From Anthoceros angustus (lineage: Eukaryota > Plantae > Anthocerotophyta), in NCBI GenBank assembly GCA_010909165.1, contig VJWM01000179.1:404311-468310 (forward strand): a DNA stretch of 64,000 nucleotides. The letters run 5' to 3'. Position 1 is the stretch's first letter; each line of letters starts with the position of its first letter. Under the pieces are notes generated by a model. That model saw only the letters and a list, made by a program, of their open reading frames with translations. It made no database searches and had not been told where the DNA came from. Below, in pieces: positions 36,556 to 51,150 of this stretch. Both the position numbers and the translations under genes were made by a program.

Positions 36556-38864
36556 TCAGTCCAAAAATTTTGGTTTTATTAAAATGAGATGGGAAGAGAA
36601 ACCGATCCGTTCTTCCTCTTGGACAAGATTTGCAGATACTAAGTACATATGTAATGAAAATTTTAAAGACACAAACATTAAGTACATAAAAATCGCTTTT
36701 TGGAATTTTAAGGACATAGACATTGAATCCATAAGATAAGCAGATTTTTTCTGATGGAAAGACATGCTAATGTGATGCGCTATCTGCGTGGCCTCAAAAG
36801 ATGTTCCATTAAGTCCCCGTCTAGACATTCCAACGATATATAGACCTCGTTGTCCCTTCCATCCGTGCGGAAAAGAAACCTTTGGTAAACCGTTGTCTCC
36901 AAAAAATGTATTATCCTATACCACAACAACAGAATTTGGTAATTTGTAACCTCACAAGTTGTTTCCAAGCAATTTCCAGACTAATTATTTAGAAGCAATT
37001 TTTTAAGCTCTTGCAAAACCTTATTTGATAGTCAAGACCTTCTAAAAAACTCAAATGACTGTCGTGAAACCAACCAAAATGAGCACCTACTTTGCTCTCT
37101 CTTCTACATAGCCAAATCAAATGATTAATTCTCATGTTATTTAATTATATATAAATATATAGATAATTATTTTATTCGTCTAATATTTGATTTAAAGATT
37201 TATAGGTAAATAATTAACTATCAATTATCATTGATCAAAGATATAAAATGAATAGTTAAACTATCGTTCCCTTTTCACTAAAGATTTAGAACTAATAATT
37301 AATTATTATTTATCATTGATCAAATAAAATATTATTATCATTGGAAACTATTATTTATTATTAAAAAAAATTAAAAAATTAAATTAATAGTTAATTAACT
37401 AACTTAATATTTTCAATCAAAATAATAAATAAAAATTATTTACTATCTAAAAATAGTTAGATATCTAACTACTCTGTCAGAATATTTAACTTAGCTCTAT
37501 AAAATACTCTATAAAATACTTAAATAACTCTAGAGAGAAATAATTATATACTTACTTTAAGCCATGTGATGACGTTACTCATAAAGCCAGTGGCCCATAT
37601 AATAGAGTCAAATTCTTGATATGTGCCATCGACAAATTTTGCTCCACACGCGGAAAGACAGTGCACAGCAGCTGTAACCTGAAACTTGGAAGAACGAAAC
37701 TTCACAAAAATGTTCCTCCAAAGTCGTAGTCCTACTTGAAAATGGTGGTTCGTCCGAGTCCTCCTTCACAAAGGGTTTTGGAATTAGGGTTCCATGGGGT
37801 GCTAGCGAACACATACCTTGACATGCCCGCTCCGAATCTTAGCAAGAGTTCCGACATCCAAGACCGGTGTCTTGCCAAGGGTGTCCTTGAGCTCGATGGG
37901 ACCCTTGGCGGGGCGGCAGATCCCGTAGCGGGCTGTGTTGCCCATAAGCAGCCAAGTGTAGAACACCACGATGTAGTCTGTGAGCCACATGGGGAATACT
38001 CTCAACAGAGTCATGGCCACTTGTAATGTAGAGCGGCCGAGAACCTCCCTGGGCAGCACATGCACCTACAAGGCGGGTAGAATGTAAATGCATATCTCAA
38101 CGCACAACATGGAGGCAAAAACAAAACATCAGCTAGCTGCTGGCTTGCAGCAAGTGCATGACGGTGAGCAGTCATCTCACTGGACTGCGGACAGCGATGG
38201 TGGGCCGGGCACCATGGTTGGCCAGGTCAAGCGCGATCACCATGCCGGAGTTTCCGCAACCGACGACGAGCACCCTCTTGTTCCGAAAGTCGGAGCCGTT
38301 CCGGTAGAGGCTGGAGTGGAAGGCCGGGCCTGCGTAGAGGTCCATCCCTGGCAAGCGCGGCGTGACAGCCTCCGCATTCTCCCCCGTGGCCACGATGAGC
38401 CATCTGGTGACATACTCCTGGGCCTGGCTCAGCTGCGGGCCATGGCGGCACGTCCTGACGCGCCACAGGTTGATGGCGGAGTCGAAGGTGGCGGAGGTGA
38501 CGCTCTCGTTGAACTGCGGCTTGATCTGGAACTTCGCGGCATACTCTTCCAGGTAAGCGATGAAGTGCTGTCTGGTGGGATACGCCGGGCATTCCTCGGG
38601 GAACGGCATGAGCGGCAGCTCGCAGAGGTGCTTGGGAATGTGCAGATGCAAGCGGTCGTAGGTCTTGTATTTCCACAGCGACGCGATGCAGTCGGCCCGC
38701 TCGATGACGAGGCTGGGAATGGCCTTGGCCCGCAGCGAAGCCGCGGTGGCCAGCCCCGCCGGCCCCGCCCCAACGATGACAGGCCCCTCCACCAGACGCA
38801 CCAAGGGATCCGGATCGGCCTCCTCGGACTCAGGGCCCCAGCCGTGAGCGTAAAAGGAAGGCAT
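36556..38864 (-). CDS. YUC: YUCCA-family flavin monooxygenase (indole-3-pyruvate monooxygenase-like), 4 exons, 471 aa
   Basis: Exons 38864-38181, 38065-37817, 37678-37556 and 36915-36556, all GT-AG and in frame. Motifs [49 protein letters not shown]. Confidence 0.95.
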
Positions 38865-39774
38865 TGTCCAGGCGAGCTCCGGATGGGATGGATCCCGCTC
38901 CCGAGAAATCGATGGTTTTTTGGGAATGTTTTGGACTTGTCTTGAAACCGACCAGACTGAGAGTCGGAGACTACTGCAACTGCTTGAGGGTGTTGGGTTC
39001 CACGTGCTTCTATTCCCCGCAGGTTCATGTTCTTGAAACTTCCACACCCAAAACAGCAGCCTGGGAATCGGGGTGAGGATGCCATGAACGATGCATTTCC
39101 CACAGCCGCCCGTGACGCAAAAGGAAAGCGATCCTGCACGTGCGTTAACGGACCACAGCTGCATTTGGGCGAGAGATTCGAGGCGGTGCGCACCAGCCGC
39201 ATTGGCACACCACGCACCACGACCCGCCCGCCTGGGCAAGCACTCAATCTCTCATCATGCGCGTTCCTGGTAATGGTGTGGTGCCAGGCCAGGCCGGGGG
39301 GCTGGAGACGGGACCAGGTGACCAGGTTGCATAAACTGGGCCGCGGCAGAGACAGGCATAGATTTTGGGAGACCGGAAAAGAAATGGAAAGACTCCCAAC
39401 AGAATTTGTTTAAGGTGCTTGCCACGCTTACATAAAAAGAGAACCCACTGTTTCGGCCTTCTGGCCACCCCTCTGGTGATTGGTACCGACGTACTCCCTA
39501 AGCAATCATACTACACCTCTCGGTTATGTGTGCAGGGCTAGGTGATGTGGAGGTCGCTGATGCTTATCTTGGTCTCTTATTATGTGCAGCTGTAGCATAG
39601 CCCACGATGCTCTGAGAAACTGAACCATATCCACGATGATGTGAGAAACTGAACCAATGCTTGAGGGATTGATGATAGAATAGCCCATATGTATATGAGC
39701 ACATGTACTTTTGTATTGAGTCGTCATAGATGGACAGTACATTCATCAAGCCCTCATGTTTGAGATGCATATGT

Positions 39775-39960
39775 CACAGGCTATTTACCATACCTGAGTA
39801 AGAGCACAGGCTATTTACCATACCTGAGTAAGAGCATGTGCACATTCATATTCGAATATGAATGTCTCGAGGTAGACACTAACCATCGTGTATAGATACA
39901 ATGGAGGCTATTTACCATACCTGAGTAAGAGCATGTGCGTCGAATATGAATGTCTCGAGG
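39775..39960. repeat. 30-bp repeat, three copies, with a duplicated downstream segment
   Basis: aggctatttaccatacctgagtaagagca at ~39777, ~39807 and ~39905. Confidence 0.9.
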
Positions 39961-40060
39961 TAGAGCCTCTTTCAAAGCGGGCCCGCAGGTTGGAAACCTG
40001 TTTAGGCCTTGGAGAAGGTGATTATGAATCAATACTTTTCTTGATTCTCAAGATTACTTT

Positions 40061-40305
40061 CTTGTATGAAGAAAGTGTGTTGCATTCTTGTATGAAGAAA
40101 GTGTGTTGCATTCTTGTATGAAGAAAGTATGTTGCATTCTTGTATGAAGAAAGTGTGTTGCATTCTTGTATGAAGAAAGTGTGTTGCATTCTTGTATGAA
40201 GAAAGTGTGTTGCATTCTTGTATGAAGAAAGTGTGTAGCATCAAGATTGCTTTCTTATATGAAGAAAGTGTGTTGCATTCTTGTATAAAGAAAGTGTGTT
40301 GAATT
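40061..40305. repeat. 26-bp minisatellite, about 9 copies
   Basis: cttgtatgaagaaagtgtgttgcatt at 40061, 40087, 40113, 40139, 40165, 40191 and 40217, plus two variant copies. Confidence 0.95.
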
Positions 40306-40410
40306 GTCATGTAATGGACATTCCTTGAAGACGTGTGTTCACTTGTCATGTAATGGACATTCCTTGAAGACATGTGTTCACTTGTCATGTAATGGACATT
40401 CCTTGAAGAC
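40304..40410. repeat. 39-bp tandem repeat, ~2.7 copies
   Basis: ttgtcatgtaatggacattccttgaagac at 40304, 40343 and 40382. Confidence 0.93.
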
Positions 40411-40623
40411 GAGCATACTCTTAGAGTAGACCGACACCAGAAAACGTTCTTTTAGACACGAATGCGGCATCTCAAACACAACTAGGTGTACTGATACGAG
40501 CCAATTCATAATTTCCATGGACACAATTTTGACTACCTACATGTCTTTTCACGTCATGATTCTGAGGAGAACTTTACCGGCAGCCGGTGCATGACAAATG
40601 TAGCCTATCTCAAAATCAAACGA

Positions 40624-42093
<1,470 letters not shown>

Positions 42094-42789
42094 GTGAGTG
42101 TGGTTGTGTCGGTGTCCGTCTCAGGTTTCAACTTTGCAACTTCAGGTGTTTCTGCTGAAAGAAACCGGGATCTTTATAGGTGTTGCAGTGGCATTGCATT
42201 CTGACTCTGGGAAGCTTCTACTGTACGGGACAGCCAGCTTCCCACTAGCTTCGAGCGGTCCTCCAACTGGCCTTCGTCGAGAAAGATACGGTATTGGCTG
42301 CATTATGACTTATACTCATATTTTATGAGCGAATTTTTGGGCTCCATTTGTTGAGAGAGTGGAGGGGAGCCTGACGTTTCCTCGGCCGGGCGTCTGAAGT
42401 AGTGTTTACATGGAGTCAGGGTTTTTCCCTTCCAGCATATGGGTAAGCCCTGTGCCCGGTCCATCGCGGGGCCGACCCGGGCTACTCAATATACACTAGT
42501 TCTGGGAACCCGGCATCCCGGTTTCATTTCCTTGTGTGCCCATACTTGCGTCGTCGGGGTTGCTCGAGTTTTTGGCCATGGATGAAGTTAGGGTTTTCTT
42601 TGGCTCTTTGGGCTATGTTCAAGATATTTTCATAATAACTTTTTAATTCATTATCTTCACTTATATTATGATGATTCTTTCACAATTAATATGATAAGTT
42701 CTTTCGTAATGTTGGTTATGGCTGCAGTGTGTAGTTTAGCAGGTCAAGGGACAGGAGCTCATGTTTCTAGGGTTTGGTGGAAAGCACCT

Positions 42790-45750
42790 AGTCGGCAAGG
42801 TCTTTGGGAGAGGTTGCATATGCAAGCATGACAATTGCTATCACCTTCAATGACAAGGGGAGATGGCAATACTGTATGATATGTACATTATTCATATACC
42901 TTAGGATTGTCATTCATGAATGTATCCATGGCCTCTCAAAATACCCATTCATAAGCATACACCCCAATTGTGAGCTTCTTAGCCTCCGCTTTATATTGCC
43001 GCCTCAAAGTGTTCATCTTGTTCCTGAAGAAGTATACTTGTGTTTATCGACCATATAAGACATTAAATACGTTATCATTGGGATAGTTGATTATTTAATA
43101 GGTGTACCCTTCTGACTAACTAATGTTACATCCCTAGATGAATAGACATATCTTTTCATTTTAGTTTAAGTTGTCTTTTCATTCAGACATAATTTAACTT
43201 CTTTTCTTGATGAATACACAATGAATACACACTTTGTCACCTCTTATATTTTGAGAAACAAAAGTGAGTGTTTTGCCCATTTCAAGACTTACATCAAGTA
43301 TGTAGAGAAATGGACTGGAAAATAACTTAAGACTCTTTGATTTGACAATGGAGGCCAATTCACCTTGAAGGAATTCCAATCTTTTTGTGCCGAGGAAGGG
43401 ATAGGGAGACAACTTACAGTTGTTTATACTTCGTAACAGAACAAAGTTTCTAAGCGCTTGAATTTAACTTTGCAAGAGATGACCTCCTAGTATCTGCTTC
43501 ATCAAGCTCAGTTTTTCTTGCCTTATTGGTTTGAAGCCCTCATGACTTCCACTTATCTCAAGAATCAGTTACCTACCACCTCGGTTTGTAGGCATGACAC
43601 CCTATGAAGCTTTCACTAGCCACAAGCCTTCAATTTTTCATCTTTGGACTTTTGGATGCTTGGCTTCTGCTTTTATCCCTAAGGAACAGCGTAAGAAATT
43701 GTCAGACAAGACTAGAAAGCTCCTTATGTTAGGGTACACATAAGGCATCAAGGCTTATAAACCGTACGATGTTCCAAGTAACAAGGTGACATATGCTCGG
43801 AGTGTTACCTTTGACAAACATCGTCCTTGGGCTACAATGGGAGTGACTCCATTTTCTTGATCGGTGACTTTGAGGATAGTGCTTTTCTCCCTGATGTGTC
43901 CCATTTTGACTCTACTGGTCGTGGCACTCTAGCCCCCATTGAGGATATTGTAATTCCTATAGGTGGGGATGATGCAACCATTTTAGCTAATGATGCAATA
44001 CTTGTTGACCCTGAACTTGAACAGGCACAGCTTACTCCGCTTGCTATGTAGAACCAATATCCTCTAGTACCTGATGTTGATGCTACTGACTTTAATTTGC
44101 TGCTACTGCTGGTGTTGATATTGGCCAGAATGCTGATCTTCTTCCTGCTGCAGATCCTAAGCCCTAGCCTGTTCGTCGTAATCCCACTCATGATTGAAGA
44201 CCCCCAGATTACTACAGTGCTCCAGATTTCCTTGCATCTTCGTCTACTGTTCAGGCTGATGCCGCCACTGCCTTGGATCCCATTGACCCTTAATCCTATG
44301 AGGAGGCATTGCGTAGACCTGACCATAAAGAATAGGAGAAAGCTATTCAGTGAGAATATGACTCTCTCATTGAAAATGGTACTTGGGAGCTGGCCAAGTT
44401 ACCTCCAGGTCGGAAGATGGTGTCCTGTAAATGGGTCTTCAATTGGAAAGTCAAAGCTGATGGTACTTTTGATAGATACAAAGCCCGACTGGTGGCGAGA
44501 GGATTCTCCCAAGTTTCAGGTTTGGACTATCTAGAAACCTTCGCTCCCATCGTGAAGCTTGCCACCTTGTGACCATATATGCCGTATGAGCATATAAGGA
44601 CTGTAAACTACATATGTTCGATGTGAAGACAGCTTTCTTGTATGGAAAGCTTGATCCAGAAATCTATTTGCAACAGTCTCCTGGCTATGAGGTCAAAGGC
44701 AAAGAAGACTATGACTGCAAGCTCATCAAAACTCTCTATGGGTTGAAATAGTCAGCTATAGAATAGAACGTAGTGCTAGATGAGGAATTACTAGCCCTTG
44801 GTTTCGTGAAAAGCCAAGCTGATGGGACTTATACATCTACATTAAAGGGAAAGTAGTGTGTTTCTTGGCAGTCTACATTGACAATTTGATCCCGCTAGCA
44901 ACACCAAGAGTTCATTAACAACATCATAGACATGCTTGCTACTAAGTTCAAGATGTCAAATCTTGGACCACTTCAGAGCTGTCTCGGCATTCATATTCAG
45001 CGAAATTGACAGAAACGTGTTATAACTTTAACTCAAACTCGATATCTTCTGGACAGTGTTGAGCAGTCGGGAATGAAAGAAGCCAACCCAGCAGCAACGC
45101 CCCTGCCAAGTGGGCTCAAGCTTAGCAAGAGCATGTCTCCTAAAACACATTTTGAGAAAGAACACATGGTGAAGATCCTTCACCGATAGGCTGTTGGTAA
45201 ACTGATCTATGCAGCCAACACCACACATCCAAAGATACCTTAAGCTACAAGTGTCCTTTCACAGTATCTGGAAAATCCATGTCAAGAACACTGAACTTGT
45301 GTTAAAAGAGTGTTTAGATACCTCAAGGGCACACCAAATAGAGGGATCAAGTACTGTTACCAGAAGGAACAAGCCCTCGATCTCGATGTGTATCCAGACT
45401 TAGATATAGATACCATAAAGTTAGTGTTTGGCTATGTAGTTAGCATAACAGGAGGACCTATATGCTGGTCAAGCAAGAAGCAACCAACATGTACAGTCGC
45501 TTTATCTAGGCTGCACAGAGGCAAAATACAGAGTGCTTACCGCAGCTGTAAAGGAAGTTGTTTGGTGTGAATTGCTGTTTCAAGAACTTGGTTTGCTATT
45601 GCCAACTTGCACAACTATCAAGACAGATAATCATGGTTCCATGGCGTTAGCCAAGAGCCCTGTATTCCACACTCACACAAAGCATGATGGGGTTGAATAT
45701 CATTGTATTCAAGGCCTAGTAGCAGTTGGAACGGTGCAGTTGGAGTATAT
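42790..45750 (+). mobile_element. Degenerate Ty1/Copia pol (INT-RT-RNase H), host of the nested insertion; continues at 52502-~52590
   Basis: [63 protein letters not shown]. The RNase H end (LEY | ..EENPANILTKAL) resumes after 52501. No LTRs of this outer copy were found. Confidence 0.88.
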
Positions 45751-46010
45751 TGAAGATTTTATGGACTAATGTAGATCAATTAAACATTATAGAATAATTA
45801 CATTGTTGGATCAAGAAAGAAGTAAGTTGCTTATGCATGAAAAGACAACTAAAACTAAATTTAATGAAAGCGTTGTATCTATTCACTTAGAGACGTAACC
45901 CTAATGAAACGACACCATATCTAGTAAACCCTAGCTTATCATATCTTGGTAATATATGGATAACTTAAACCCCTAAACCCTAACTATGATATCAACATTG
46001 TATATCATTA
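45751..46010 (-). repeat. 3' LTR (260 bp)
   Basis: Differs from the 5' LTR by one substitution and one 1-bp indel (by eye). PPT-like CAAGTGGGAG abuts at 46011-46020. Confidence 0.95.
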
Positions 46011-47229
46011 CTCCCACTTGTTGTAAATAGTTAGGAGTGTCCCTCACCGTGAACTCGTGAGGCTGGAGTTGAGCTCGGGTTTTCAATCTTGGTTTTGCCA
46101 TATTGTGGTGGTAGAGCTTTACGCCCCATCTTCATGTCTTTTTACGGACACTATGGAATCTTTGTTGTACAGGTGTGAAGCCCGGTGACAGGTTGGCTCC
46201 CTTTATAATTCTCCTTTACGCTCTCTGCCTCATATGCATCGATCGCCTTGAGAGAAGGTTTCGTTCTGAGCCATATCGAGATGGCGTCACTGTCTTCAGA
46301 GTCTGAGGGTACTTTGCCCAAGAAACCGCAGCCCGATGCTCTAGGCCGGTTTTGCTAGAGCGTGCTGCGACCAAGAGGAGACTTCAACTTCTGCGGTTAA
46401 AGGCGTGAAGAGAGTGGGCGCCCAAAGGAACCACCAAGGAGTTTCGGCAGAGGCTGCAGCTAAACAAGAACATGGGCGGCCCTTGCGTGTCACTCTTCCA
46501 AGAGCGGCAAGAGTAAAAGCAAATCCTGCACATGTTCACCCGATTTTGGCTTTTAGAGAAGCTAACCCTTGTGAGGACCAAGCTTTCCCAAGCCCTGAGA
46601 CTGTTCAAGGAAACCCAAATTGTCTCCTACGGCACCATGAAGCACCCTCGCACCCCTATGTGGTATAGGGTTCATGTAAAACTAAAGCGTGTGATCGTAT
46701 CAAAGTTGAAGATTCTGGGCGTATCCTCACCATGTTGTTAGCACGTATAGTAAGTCCCAAATTCCATTCTGTTGCAGCATTTTCTGTTTTGTGTGTGTGT
46801 GTGAGCTAACCTAGCTCCCACTTTGTCGAGGATCTAACATACGATCGAAGAAGAGTCGACCTCGATCCGACAATCTCGTGCAAGGCAAGAAGGCGTGGAG
46901 AAGACCCACCGTTCCTTGAGCAGTCCGATCCTTGAGGAGGAAGATGAGAGTCAAAGCTGCGATGCGGTGAGTGAGTCGTGGGGACTCATACTCTCGTCTC
47001 GTGATGAGACTCTTTTAATGACTACACAGATGATGAACACTCTTCCTTGATGGCTGTAGTTAGAGTTCTGCGGCATGGATTTTACTTTGCATCGGCCAAG
47101 GAACTCGAGGAGTCTCAAGGCCAAGACTTTTAACATGTTTCTCGTGAAGCTCTTTTCCTAGAGCCTTAGTCAATATGTCTGCTGGATTGTCTTGCGTTGC
47201 CACATACTCGAGGTTGATTTTACCCTTGA

Positions 47230-50200
47230 TTAGGTCTCGATAAAATGATACTCAACCTCGATATGCTTTGTCCTTGCATGAAATACCGGGTTCTGAGCAA
47301 GTGACATGGAGCCCTGGCTGTCGGTCCTTATGAGCGTACATGTAGGTAATGGTATACCCATTTCGCTAAGGAGTAGTTTGCACCAAATGATCTCTTTGCA
47401 AGCTGTAAGGACTCTATATTCACCTCGGAGAGAGCAACAGCTGCTTTTCTTGCTCATCCAAGAATCGGTCCACACTATGCTCACAACGTAACGAAGCAGA
47501 TCTCCTGTTGTCCACGTTTCCGGCATAGTCGAATCGGTGAAGACCTCGAGTTCAAGTTGCTCGTGTGTGTGGCAATATTTTATCCCTCGATGTGGTGTCC
47601 CTTCAAGTATCTAAAGACTCTTTTAATGCTTGTCCGAGGCTCTTGGGGTTCTCCGAGAACTGTGAGAGAGCGCTAGTAGCAAAGGCAACTTCCATACGAG
47701 TAGTGTTTTTGCATATATGAGCTTTCCAAACTCTATAAGGTACGGCTAACATCCTTTCCTTCTCTCTGTTGTTTGTGGGGACATTTAAACTTAGCTTGAT
47801 TCCACTTGGTAGGGGTGTAGCGGTGGCTTTGCATCCTTCAAACCTAGGCTCGCACTTTCGGTATGTATCTTGGTTGTGAGAGTGTGATAACCTGCGTTTC
47901 GTGAACATGTATACCAAGACAACTCTGAAGATCACCAAGGCTGGACATCTTAAACTTAGTTGCAAGCGGTCGAATCTTTTGATAAAACTGCATCGTTACT
48001 TGACAAGATCGGTCATCTACATAGGCGCTAGGTAACGACGATGTCACCTTTCTTGTAGATGTACAGCTACCATCCTCGGCTTTTGGTGAAACCTAATACT
48101 AAAAGCTCAGATCAAGTTCTGCTTCCAAGCCATTGCAGCTTCAACCCGTCAAAGTCTTGATAAGTTTACATACATAATCCTCCTTTCCTTTGACTACATA
48201 ACGAGGTGCGCATGTATATTTCATGTCAAGCTTGCCATTCAAGAATCTTTGTTTGACATCAAACATTTGCAGTTCATAGTCCTTGTAGGCTGATATTGCA
48301 CATAATGCTCGTATGGTTGGCAGTTTCACAACTGGAGCGAATGTCTCCAAATAGTCCACGCCTGGAACTTGTGAAAATCCACGAGCCACTAGTCTTGCCT
48401 TGTACCTATCGAAGGTACCATCAGCCTTGACTTTCAATTTGAAGACCCACTTACAAGACACCATTTTTCTGCCAGGAGGTAATTTTGACAACTCCCATGT
48501 GCTGTTCTCAATCAATGAGTCATATTCTGATTTTATAGCTTTCTCCCACTCCTTGTGATCAGGTCTGCTCAAAGCCTCGGCATAAGACTGTGGTTCTACA
48601 GGGTCGAGGTTAGTAGCAGCATATGCTTTCACATGTGAAGAGGAAATACGATAATCAGGGGCACGATAATAATCAGGAGGTCGACGTTCTCGAGTAGGGT
48701 AACGTCGAGCAAGCTCGCTCGAGTTCTTGTTCAAGTTCGGTTCAAACATAATCTTCTTCCTCGGTTGCATTCGATCGGCTTCACATCGTCAGTTGCATCG
48801 GCTTGATCCGTTGAGGAATGTGATCCTGTACATCTGGCAGTGGCATGTCAAGTGGAATTTCAGGTTCAGGTTCTTCTTCAAACACTGCCTGATTTTCCCC
48901 TCCTGCAGGAACATTTTCATCAACAGGAGCCTGAGGACCATGATCAGTCAGATCATAATGAGAAAGCTCAAGACTATCCTCAGCGTCATCAGGAGCATGA
49001 ACATGTGCTCCCACTGAAGCCCAAGTCTTTGTTTCATCGAAGGTAACACTTCGAGCATAAATGACCTTGTTAGAAGGAACATCATATAGTTTATATGCTT
49101 TTATCCCTTCCGTGTATCCCAACATGAGCAGCCTGCGGGCCTTAGCTGAAAGCTTGGTTCGCTTCTGTCCAGGTATGAAGGCATATGCAAGGCAGCCAAA
49201 CGTCCTCAAGTGCTGGATGGATGGCTTTACCTGAAAGCTTCATAAGGAGTTTTGCCTTCTTGTGTGGTGGGTAACTGTTAGAAAGGTTGAGGTCATCAAA
49301 GCCTCGCCCAGAAGGTAAGGCTTGAGCATCATGCAGAATGAGGAGACCATCTCCTGCAGTGAGATTCAACTCGCCACTCCATTCTGGGAGTGTATACCGA
49401 GTTGACGTCCAATGCCTTCATCTTTACAGGCTGCTGGAATTCATTAGAGGTGAATTCCCGCCATTGTCGATCTTAGTGTCTTGAGTGCTTTCTCCAACGT
49501 TTGATGTATTCCTTGAAATAGGAGAAACATTCGCTCTTGTTCTTGGGATGTAGGTGGTGACAAATCTACTTTTGTCATCAGCGTTAAGAAATAACGCCCA
49601 CCACCTATGGACGCTTGAGATAAGGGTCCACACAAATCAGTATGTACAAGCTCAAGTACATCAGAAGCACGGTGAGGTGCTTTGTTCTTGAAGGCAGCTT
49701 GGTGTTTCTTCGACAAAACACAAGCCTCACATAAGGGTATAGGAGTCAAGGGGCCAATAGGTCCATCTTGATACAGGTCACTCATAGCCAATTTTTGTAG
49801 CTTTGCCATGTGAGGATGACCTAGGCGTGCATGCCACAACTGAGCCTTTGCTGTTTGTTGTGCAGATGCAAGGGAGACGTCTTGTGTCAGGTGGGACTCT
49901 GCTACTCACAAATGGAGAGACAGATCATGGTCCAAGACCCATGCGCAAGTACCTTTCTAGGGTCAAATGCATCTATGATTCGCAACTGTTCTTGTGAACA
50001 CGACATGGTATTATTGCGGCATTCAATCTTCTAACGAGATCGTGTTTCTAGTCATCTCGGGCACATGGTAGACATCTTCTAACTTGAGTGTGTTTCCGGT
50101 GGAACTATTAACTCAAGCGTGCCACGACCAGTGAGACTAGAGACCTATCGTCCCCAAGGTAAACATATTGATCGGCGATCAGCGTTTTAAATTCATTCCT

Positions 50201-51150
50201 ATCAAAGCATATGTGCGGTGCACCGATTCTAAGAACCATTCTGTTGGTTTGATTCACTTTGGAGGAAAGACAAGTGGGAAGCGACAATGGACTAGCAAAC
50301 TCCCTAGTCCCAACAGAGCGATGGGGTATTAACCTTTTACCACAACATTTGATTGAGCTGGTTCCTCCTTGCGAGGAACTCCACGCTTTTGCACTCTTTT
50401 TCCCAATGGCTGTGACTTGCAGTTGTTCACAGCTTCTTTATTTTCTTCCGGGTGAGGATCCGCCGAGCTACCTCCCACGAAGAGTTTCCACCACCTCCTT
50501 TGGAGAAGGGCTTCTTCCTCCTCGTCCTTGTTGTGAGGTGTCACAGGCTGTTGTTTCCACCTTTCTTATGGTTGGTCCTGCTGGCTTCTTCTTGCATGGA
50601 ACTCACGATGTGAGAAGCTCATTTCGGGCATCTCTATGCCTTGCTTTTAGCTAACAACGTAGCTTGTGTTTGAGCAATGTGTGAAGTCACGAAATGTGAC
50701 CATGACTGAAGCGAAAGAAGGAGCCTCATCACCATCTCATCATCTCCAATGGCAACTTTGGAGGCAAGCCGTGAGGCTAGGGTCCTAAGGTACTCACGTG
50801 TTTCTCCACCGAGTCACCGTCCTTCATCCTTAGGTTCGAAAATTCCTTAGAGTCATTGCGCTTACCATGTTCGCTGCGAGTTCCTTTAGGCGATTCATGA
50901 TTTCGGCCAAGTATTCACCTCATGCGCCTCAACATCTCGGTTGTCGAGCCTGCGTATGAGGTATTTGGCTCCGTTGTCCTTAGCTAACCATTCTTCCTCT
51001 CCAAGATCCTCGTCTGGTTTCACTACTTTTCCAAGAGCATGTTTGAGGAGGCCTCTCATTTCGAGAACGCTCCATTCTTATAAGCCGATGTCAAAGTCAT
51101 TTCATGAACTGTCCTTCTCCTTGAAGGACTCACGCTTCAAAATTATGTGT
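47230..51150 (-). pseudogene. Copia gag-pol (zinc knuckle, protease, integrase, RT, RNase H), frameshifted
   Basis: CNNCK..HWEKEC knuckle, [66 protein letters not shown]. Confidence 0.92.

Noticed and set aside
36780-36968. Kinase-like peptide (EVYISLECLDGDL)
   Set aside because: This is an alternative frame of YUC1 exon 4.
37120-37550. MITE in YUC1 intron 3
   Set aside because: The region is extremely AT-rich, but no convincing TIR or TSD pair was found.
38865-39239. N-terminal extension of YUC1 in ORF 38172..39239
   Set aside because: It depends on a non-ATG start and the sequence is not YUCCA-like; the ATG at 38864 gives a normal N-terminus.
40061-40305. CRISPR-like array
   Set aside because: The repeats are contiguous with no unique spacers, there are no cas genes, and the context is eukaryotic. 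The same applies to 21346-21892, 35103-35200 and 58962-59071.
40029-40388. 119-aa repetitive ORF
   Set aside because: It is a translation of the 26-bp and 39-bp minisatellites.
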